Assembly (NCBI RefSeq): GCF_009914755.1
Contig: NC_060944.1
DNA length: 64,000 nt
Origin: the human T2T-CHM13v2.0 reference genome, Homo sapiens
Strand: one strand, 5' to 3'
Part shown: positions 54,791 to 64,000 of the stretch, piece after piece
Numbering within the stretch: position 1 is the first letter of the stretch
Layout of the letters: each line of letters opens with the position of its first letter
The notes under the pieces: generated by a model
Database searches by the model: none
The model's input: only the letters and a program-made list of their open reading frames with translations
What the model was told of the DNA's origin: nothing
Program-made: the position numbers and the translations under genes

Positions 54791-55464
54791 TTTGTTTCTT
54801 CCAACCATTATTTTTAACTCTATTCTATTGAAAACAAAACAATGCTGAAATAATTTACTATTTTGATATGACTAACCTTCAGATATTTGGAGTTAGTTCT
54901 CTGACTTCCTTGGCTCATTTATTCTCCAGAATTAACAGAATCCTACAGCTTTCTAGGACTCATAGAATTAAGAATACTTTCCCTCCTTGAGCAAGACCAT
55001 ACTTTCATTTTTCCTCGTGTTAAAAAGATTAAAATTACAGACCTAAAAGGCAAAGCCTGCCATAGAAAATACAATGCTGGGCAACGTTTTGGTATTATCC
55101 TCCCTGACCCTGCCTTCTGCTTGAAGAAGGAATTTCCCAATTGCTTAAGCAGATCTGGACTCAAGCTGGTGAGGCTCACCCAGCAATGGGGCTCCCAACA
55201 AAGTCATTTTCCATGAGACCCTGACCAATGTGAGCTCTGGGCACCAAATGAAAGTAAATGAGGTCTTCTGATCCCCCTTCGTTATTTAACTCAGGGAAAA
55301 AAATATAGACTCATGATGACAAACAATTAAAACTCCATTACTTTGTGGACCTATGGAGACATCTAACCAAAATTGTATTACCTCACATGGGGCAGTGGAA
55401 GATAGGTTTTTAGGTTTTTCTTTCTTCTGTTACAGAAATATTAAAATCCAATAAGACTGATGTA

Positions 55465-55692
55465 TTGCTTGAAGTCAGCAGTTTGAGACCAGTCTGGCCA
55501 ACATGGTGAAACCATGTCTCTACTAAAAATACAAAAATTAGCTGGGCGTGGTGGTGGGCACCTGTAATCCCAGCTACCCCAGAGGCTGAGACAAGAGGAT
55601 CACTTGAACCCGGGAGGTGAGGTTGCAGTGAACCAAAATCGCCCCACTACACTCTAGCCTGGGTGACAAAGCAAGACTCTCTCAAAAAAAAA
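55465..55692 (+). mobile_element. 5'-truncated Alu SINE
   Basis: Begins ~60 nt into the consensus; TSD aaaatccaataaga(c/t)tgat at 55443-55461 and 55693-55711. Confidence 0.95.
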
Positions 55693-55854
55693 AAAATCCA
55701 ATAAGATTGATATTTAAGAAAAGAGGAAATAAAGAGCTAATTTGCAGATATTTCTTACAAATATGTGGATTTGAAGGGGCTCAAAGACCCTAGCATAGAT
55801 AATAGAAAATGGTGATCACGAGTAACTCTGATTTCCTTAAGTAGGAGGGCTTGG

Positions 55855-56240
55855 GTTGTCTTAGGTTGGGTCCTCTAGAAGCAGAGCCTGAGAAAGAGAT
55901 TCATGTGCAGGTGGTTTATTAAGGGAGCCTGGGATAGAAGAAAAAGCTAAGCAAGAATGTGGTATCAGCTGTAATCTGGCTTCTGCCTGATCCCATGGGG
56001 AGCTCTGGAGCATGAAGAGCAAGCAGAACTGTCTCACCTTGAGGCAAAGGAGCTGACAGTCATATGCTGCAAACTGTCCTCAGAGGAAAGGGTAACATTT
56101 CCTGGGGGCATGGCTAGATGCTTTCAGCAGTTGATAAGTACTTGGAGAGGGAGCAGTGGTGAGCCTATTGCAGCACTAGGTAGATGAGTGTTCAGGCCTG
56201 ATAAATGGATCTGTGTGGGGAATCTGAAGTGTCTGCTACA
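55855..56240 (-). mobile_element. LTR16-like ERVL LTR
   Basis: ggttgggtcctctagaagcagagcctgaga...ctgatcccatggggagctctggagc...tctgctaca. Confidence 0.7.
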
Positions 56241-57096
56241 TGAATGCGTCAGAAGGGAGGATGTTCTCCCATAAAACCAACTTCTCTAATGACAGTTTCC
56301 AGTTTTAGGAACATGCAATTTATCTTTATTTCACTGAATATCTCTAGTTAAGTATGGCATTCAGAATTGAACCAAATAATCTAGATCAAGTTTGATTATT
56401 AAACATTGTAGTGAAACTTAACCTCATTTGTTGAGTCTTAGTGAGAGAAGACAGCCCCAAGATCAGGTATAGGCACTGCTGGAAGGTATTGGCACAGGTA
56501 TGGAGGGCACTGCTAAGGTACCTAGACCATAGTCCTGATAAAGAGTACAAAGAACTGTAAAGAAAGAGGCATGATATAATGGAAATTGATTTTTGTAAGT
56601 GACAAAATCTAAAAAGAATCATTCTTGAGAGTGGGGTAAGACCAACAGAGGTCCCAGGCAAATGGGAATAATTTAATGTCTAAAGGTGGTGATTCAAGGG
56701 ATGGGGGAAGAACCCTTAACACTGTTAAGATTCTAAATAATCACTTCATTCAGAGTCAAGCCTATCTATTTCCTGGGAACAAAGAAGTAGATTCCAGGAT
56801 TGCAAGAAAGGGCTTGAAAGAACTAAGTATTGCATCAGCACCTTAGACAAGGAGCCTGATGAAAAGGCCTCCTGGTAACACAAGGAACAGAAGGCTAAGT
56901 GGCAAATAAAGGTTTAAGCTTAATAATCCAAATTAGACCAACCAACACTGCAGAGTTGGAGAAATATGTAGTTGGAGGACTAACTGTGTACCAGGGTCAG
57001 AGAACAGCAATGAATTCCAGACAACCTGCATGTGAAATTCCTAATTAATTACATCGGAGAAAAACATGGGCAAGGCAGAGAGGTACCCATTGGAAA

Positions 57097-57185
57097 TCAG
57101 TGGTTCTCAAACTGGAGCATGAATCAGAATAACCTGGAGAGTTTGTTAAACAAAGATTTGTAAGGGTCCCAGATATTCTGATTAC
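57097..57185. mobile_element. MER5A fragment
   Basis: cagtggttctcaaactggagcatgaatcagaataacctggagagtttgttaaac. Confidence 0.75.
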
Positions 57186-58528
57186 ATCTAAGATAGATCA
57201 ACAGCAGAATACACATTCCTTTTAGGTGTACATTGGCCCATCAGCAGGAGAGACCATTTGTTAGGCTATAAAACAAGTCTCAGTAAATTCAAAAGAAGTG
57301 AAATCATATGAAGTATGTTTTCTGACCAAACTGGAATAAAATTAAAAGCCAATAAGAGAAAAAAATTTGAGAAGTTTACAAACATTTGGAAATTAGACAA
57401 AACAGTATTTAAAACAAATCAATTCTATAGGTCAAAAAAGAAATTACAGGAAAATTAGAAAATGATTTGAGGTGAATGAAAATGAAAGCACAACATACAA
57501 AATGTGTGGCATACAAATAACACAGTGCTCAGGAATGTATATACAGCTATAAGAACTTATATTTTTTGAAAAAAGAAATACCTCAAATTAGTCATATAAA
57601 CTTCTACCTTAAGAAACTAGAAAGAAAGAGCAAACTATACCCAAAGCAGGTAAAAGGGAGAGAATAGTAAAGCTTAAGAAAATAAATGAAATTTAAAAAA
57701 AAATCAAAGTTGTGCGTTTTTTCTTTTTTTGAAAATAACAAAATTCATATACCTTTAGCTACACTGACAAGGAAGAAAAAGACTCAAGTTACTAAAATCA
57801 GAATGAAAGAGGGAATATCACTACAGACCTTACAAAAATAATGATTATAAGAGAATACTGTGGACAACTGTGTGTCAACAAACTAGGTAACAGATTAAAT
57901 GGACAGTTTTCCAGACAGACACACACTACAAAAATTTACTAAAGAGAAAATAAATAATATATATCGATATACTTTACTTGTTGGTATACCTTGTAAAGAG
58001 TAAAGAAATTGTGTTAGTAATTTGGAATCTTCCTACAAAGAAAATCCAGGTCTGGATAACTTCATTGGTTAAGTCTATCAAACATTAAAGAATTAGCACC
58101 AATCCTTCACAAACTTCCCATAAAATAGAAGACAGAGAACAAACACTTTCTAATTTATCCAATAATGCCACTATTACAAAGATACCCAAACCAGACAAAG
58201 ATAGCATAAGAAAACTACAGACCAATATCTCTTTTGAATAGAGACATAAAAATCTTCATAAACTTATAAGCCAACTGGATCCAGCAACAATAAAAAAGAC
58301 TATATCATAAGAAATTAGATTTAACTCAGGAATACAAGTTTGGTTTAGTATTTCAAAATAAAACAATATAATACACAATATTAACAAAATAATGGGCAAA
58401 AACCACATGATCATCTCAAATACAGGAAGAAAAAAATTGACAATATCCAGTGCTCTCACATAATAATTTTTTTAAAAACTCAATTAACTAGGAATAGAAG
58501 AGAACTCTCTCAGTCTGATAAAGGGCAT

Positions 58529-58874
58529 TGTATTAGTCCATTCTCACACTGCTATAAAGAAATATCTGAGATTGGGTAATTAATAAAGAAAAGAGGTTTA
58601 ATTGACTCACAGTTCCAAATGACTGAGGAGGCCTCAGGAAACCTACAATCATGGCGGAAGAGGAAGCAAAGCACGACTTACATCACAGCAGGAGGTGGGG
58701 AAGAAATGCCACTTTTAAATCATCAGATGTCATGAGAACTCACTATCATGAAAACAGCATGGAGGAAACAGCTCCCATGATCCAATTGCCTCTCACCACC
58801 AGGTCCCTCCCTCAACACATGGGAATTACAATCAAGAGGACATTTGGGTAGGGACACAGAGCCAAATCATATCA
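58529..58874 (-). mobile_element. THE1D/MSTA-type MaLR solo LTR
   Basis: tgtattagtccattctcacactgctataaag...gggacacagagccaaatcatatca; degenerate 5-bp TSD ggcat/gacac. Confidence 0.92.
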
Positions 58875-60308
58875 GACACCTGTGAATAACCCGTGGCTAA
58901 TATAATATTGAATAGTGAAAAATTGAATGCTTTCTTCCTAAGATGAGGAATAAGACAAGGATGCCTACTTTCACCACTTCTAGTCTATATTTTACTGGAT
59001 ATATAAGAAAGACAATTAGGCAAGAAAAGGAAATGAAAGATATCCTGATTGGAGAGGAAAGTAAAACTATCTCTATTTTTGTGTGTCATGATTTTGTATA
59101 TGGAAAATCCTAAGAAACCCACCAAAAATTATTGTAACTAATGTATGAGTTTAGCAAGGATGTATGATACAATATTAATATAAAAATTACTTTTCTATGC
59201 AATACCAATGAACAATTTAGAAATGAAATCATGAAAATAAAGCAATTTTTAAAAAATATTAAAATACAAATAAATTTAACAACTAAAATACAAATACAAC
59301 GAGTGCAAGACTTGTACATTACAAAATCTAAAACATTGTTGAAAACTATTAAAGATTTAAGTAAATTGAAGACACCCTAAGTTCAAGGATTGAAAGACAA
59401 TATTGTTAATACAGCAATGCTCCCCAAATTGATCCAAAGCTTCAATGCAAACTCTATCAGAACACTAGTTGGCTTTTAAGAATAATTTGACAAGCTGGCC
59501 CTAAAATTCATACGGAAATGCAAAGTATCTGGAATAGGAGAAACAATCTTGAAAAAGAAGAAAAAGATTGGAAGACTCACACTTCATAATTCCAAGTCTT
59601 CCTACAAAGCTGCAGTAATAAAGACCAAGTAATACTAACATAATGATAGACATATAGATTAATAGAGTAAAATTAGTGGTCCAAAAATAAACTCTCAAAT
59701 TTATGGTCAACTAATTTTCAACAACATTGTCCAGAAAATTTAATTCTTTTAATTAAATTGAGCTGGGGCACCATGCAAAATAATTATTTTAGACCCCGAC
59801 CTCACATCATACTCAAAAATTAAAGTAGATCATAGAATTAAGTTTAAGAATTAAAATGTTAAAACTCTTAGAATAAAACAGAAGTAAATTTTTGTCACTC
59901 TGAATTAAGCAATGGTTTCTTAAATATGACACCAAAATCAGAAAATAAAAAAAAAGATGTATTAGACTTGATCAAAATTTAAAATATTCATCCTTAAACC
60001 ACATCATCAAGACAACAAAGCAACAATCCAGTCTTGGAGAAAATATTTGACAATAATATATTTGAGAAGGAGACTACTTACAAAATACATTTAAAAACTC
60101 TTACATTTCATAATGAAAATACAAGTAATCCAACTTAAAAATGAACAAAGTATTTGAATAGGCATTTCTTCAAAGAAGATATCAAAACAGACAATAAGGA
60201 CATGACAGATACTTAGCATCATTAACTGTTAGTGAAATAAATACAAATCAAAACTACCATGAGATACCAATGCATATTCACTAGAATGGTTATAATTAAA
60301 ACAATGGC

Positions 60309-60623
<315 letters not shown>

Positions 60624-61827
60624 TCATAGCAGCGTTATTTTAATATCTTGAAAATATTATCATAATTCAAAGAAGCCAGTCACAAAAGGCCACATATTAT
60701 ATGACTCCATTTATAGAAAATGCCCCAAATAGGCAAATCTATAGAGACAGAAGTTAGAATAGTGTTTCCTAGGGCTGTGCAGGGGGAAGAAGTGGAAAAG
60801 TGACTGCTAATGGGTACAGGGTTTTTTCCTGAGATGATGAGGACATTCTAAACTTAGATTGTAGTGATAATTGCTTAACACTGTGAATATACCAAAAACC
60901 ATTGAGGTGCATGCTTTCCATCGGTAAATCTTCTGGTATGTGAATTATAGCTCAATGAAACCATTTTTAAAGTGACCCTTCTGATTTATTTGTACTTATT
61001 TAAAAGTAAGGTTTGGGTCATCAAGGTTGGGTATTTTGCGAAGGGGAAATGTGAAACTTGTGGGTAGATAAACTAGGTTTAAAACAGCATCTTACCTTAG
61101 CACATGCCAGTCTTCTGAAATGAAATAATTTATCAAAGAAATTGGGCTATCACTGTCCCCATATTCACAAAGCTAAATCATTTATCATCTTCCCTTGTAA
61201 ACTTTGCCGTTGGGAACTAATTTTAATGCTCACATAAAAGGAGATTCATTCTGGAACTTCCAAGTGACTGGATTCTATAAAGCACGTTTGCTGTTTAACC
61301 CAGGAAGACTTGCCTCAGGGATTAGGAGACGGAACACTGCAAAACTGTTCCCAAAACTGCACCCTAAGTGTGGTTATTTCACACCCATGGCGGCGGGCTT
61401 AGAACGAGGTTTTATTTCTTCTCCTCCTTTCTCTGTGGCACCAATTGTGTTGGGGAGTAATGAGACAGGAGTGCCACACAAAGGATTTTCCTCTAGCCTC
61501 TAGGAGAAGCCGGTCTGCCCAGTCTTCCCAAGTGACCGAACCAACTGTGGGGCTGGCTGGGCCCTGGGTGGAGGGAAGAGAGAGGAGCTGATCGGGTTTC
61601 CCAGCTTTGAAGTAAAGAATGAGCCAGAATGAAGAAGCTCCTGATCAAAGGCTGCTGAGCGATAAGGAAGGCGACATGAACTCTCCAGGGAGAACCCAGG
61701 CACCTGAGGCCAGGTGGGGAGAGGGCAGCCAGCTTTCTGAACGGGCGCTTTGTTTCTGCTCCTTTTCACAACAGGAAACATTTGAAGCAATTGGAACCAG
61801 CAATTTATAAGTCAGATTGGCCTAATG

Positions 61828-61978
61828 TGACGGTTCTCAAACTTTGAGGTGCATCAGAGTTGCTTGGGGAAGTTTCTGGAAGTACAAGTGACTGGGCATC
61901 TCTCCCAAAGGTGCAAAAATTCCTTAGATCTGAGGTAGGAAATCTCAACTCTGCATTTTTATTAAGTTCTTAGGGAAA
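61828..61978. mobile_element. MER5-type fragment
   Basis: ggttctcaaactttgaggtgcatcaga...tctgcatttttattaagttc. Confidence 0.6.
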
Positions 61979-62129
61979 TGTATTTTCTTTATCTGGTAGT
62001 AAAATTAGAATTTCAAACACACTTCAAAAACCCTCACAGAAGAGATGGTTCACTTATAGTAAATCTAAGCTACCAATTTTCCTAATACATGATATGACAC
62101 TCAAGGAAGTTTCTCTGGGTACCCATATG

Positions 62130-62700
62130 CTTTTGTTAACATCTCAGGAATCGGGCTAGGTGCTGAGGGTGGAGATGAATAACACAGCCTTGTTTCCAAG
62201 AGCTCAGCATCTTGTTGAGGAGACAGACATGTAAACAAAATCAATGAAGTATTATAAGAAGAATGTATAAGGCCCTGTTCCAGCCCAGTAAGAGAATGAG
62301 TAAGTCTGCCTGGAGGGTGGGAGGAGAGACAGCTGAGGCTTTCCCAAAAATGCAAGGTTGGAAGCCTATGTCTTCAGTATTAAGGAGCAGCTTGCCATCC
62401 CAGGATGGGCAGGGGCCGGTGGCCTGGAAAGGAAGTGGGAATATTCCAGTCCGAGGGAAGTTCTGTGCAGAAACTGAACAGACCTGAGAACCCTGGGAGG
62501 TTTGGTATGAGCATGCAGAGGAAGTTGGTGATGGGGTGGGGATAATGTAGAAATTGGTCTCAATATGAAAGTACCTGTGACCTCATTGAAGGAAGCTTTT
62601 GGCCTTTGCTTATATGGGACAAGCACTTAATGCAGGAGTTTGTCCTATATCTGGGAACCACAGAAGCTGCAATCCTGGGTATAAAATTGTTACTCGAGTC
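62130..62700 (-). mobile_element. L2 relic (antisense)
   Basis: gggctaggtgctgaggg...gagacagacatgtaaacaaa...attccagtccgagggaag. Confidence 0.7.
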
Positions 62701-62829
62701 CAGTACACTCGAATTGGGCAAATATAAGGGATGTGTTCCCAGAATTATAAAAACTCAGTATTTATTTCCCATTATATTTTGCAACCACCAACTGACTACT
62801 AATAAGAATTACTATTTTCAAGGTACTTT

Positions 62830-63050
62830 ACCATTAAAGAGAAAAATTTACAGCCATTTTCACCTATGCTTTTCATGGCCTTATAGTAACCATGTTAAAG
62901 TAGGTGTTATTGGCTGAGCTTTCTAGAAAAAGACATTTCTTAGAGAGGCAAAACAACTATTCAACATCACACAGCTTATGAAGTAGCAGACCTAAGACTC
63001 AAACACACACCTTTTTATTATAAATCTCATGATTTTATACTACGATATAT
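62830..63050 (-). mobile_element. MIR relic
   Basis: caacatcacacagcttatgaagtagcagacctaagactcaaac. Confidence 0.6.
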
Positions 63051-63479
63051 CAATTTACTGAGCAAAAGTATAACTCTAAACAAACAGACACAATTAGAGA
63101 CCAGCAACTATACCACAAAGCTCTGTCACAATCTCGAAGAGACATTCAAGAGGGAAATTTTACAATTTCTGTATTTGTCAAAATAGGCTTAACTAGGCTG
63201 CGGTTACAGAAAAATAGGCAAAACAAAAACAAAAACAAAAAAACAAAAAAACACCACAACGATAAAGAATGAGTGTCTAGGACTTACTACAGTAGGAGAA
63301 TACTTTTTGCTCACTTCACAGTGTGACGCAGTTTGGACAGCACTCCTGGGCGTCTCTCCTGCCCATGGCAACTCAAGGCCCAGGCTATTTCCACCTTGGG
63401 GCCACACCTTCTATGGCTGCAAAGTTGCCCTGACTGCATCTAGCCAGCAAATGTGACTGTGTAAAAACATCTCGATGTG

Positions 63480-63600
63480 GCTCTTGGCCTAGCCACATGC
63501 CTTGCTTTGGACAATGAGATATTAACAACTGTGGAGCCAACAAAGGCTTGAAAAAGCCCTGCATACCTGGCCTTGCTTCTCCTTGTACCCTAGCCACCTA
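63480..63600 (+). mobile_element. MLT1 LTR fragment
   Basis: cttgctttggacaatgagatattaac...aaggcttgaaaaag. Confidence 0.5.
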
Positions 63601-64000
63601 GACCAATGTTCTGCCAAATGAAAAATATTCTCCTTAACACCAGAACGTCGTGTGCTGTGAGGAGAATAAATGTGGCCATTAGTGATTGACTTCAGTTCTC
63701 TTTATTGTATGTGTTCATAAATGTGTGGACAAAATGTTTTGCGATCTTGACGGCTTTTGTACAAACATCAGTTGTTTCTTATATTATAATTATCATCCTA
63801 ATCGTTATAATGTCTAGGCCAACTGTACTACTGAATTAATATTCTAAGACTCAGGAATAGCTGATGCAATCAAATGAAGATGGGTGAAAAATAAAAATGG
63901 CACACATTTCCTAAAAACCATGTGTTATTAACTGAACTAAATTAATTATGCCCTACTTTAGGTTATTTGGGTAGATGGTGGCAGCCACTAAAAAGAGTTC

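Noticed and set aside
56280-57090. Possible CR1/L3 relic
   Set aside because: Only faint resemblance; too degenerate to call without an HMM search

Overview
This window is primate, most likely human, non-coding genomic DNA. It is AT-rich and CpG-depleted, and by eye a large share is interspersed repeats: 10 Alu SINEs, L1PB/L1MA/L1MB-type LINE-1 remnants, many L2 and MIR relics, MaLR/ERVL LTRs (MLT1, THE1/MST, LTR16, LTR33, LTR47-like) and hAT DNA-transposon fossils (MER5, MER30, MER63, MER33/Charlie). I can support no intact protein-coding gene, RNA gene or CRISPR array. The ORFs in the track are Alu, L1 or low-complexity read-throughs, or chance ORFs. I found no evidence for a new multi-gene biological system. 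What stands out is smaller in scale. (i) A dispersed 138-bp duplication ends in palindromic filler (38.4-39.7 kb). (ii) An eroded ~60-bp palindrome sits at 49.9 kb. (iii) Several + strand splice-signal-bounded exon candidates occur, including a 20-nt micro-exon upstream of a UG-rich tract and a stop-free segment at 10.9-11.1 kb. (iv) There are two 5'-inverted L1 insertions, and a young AluY with deletions and no TSD. (v) An Alu-independent (TATTT)29 repeat and a 550-bp polypyrimidine tract are present. (vi) Several repeat-free, motif-rich islands look like enhancers. Repeat family names come from my recall of consensus sequences, and repeat boundaries are approximate unless a TSD is given.
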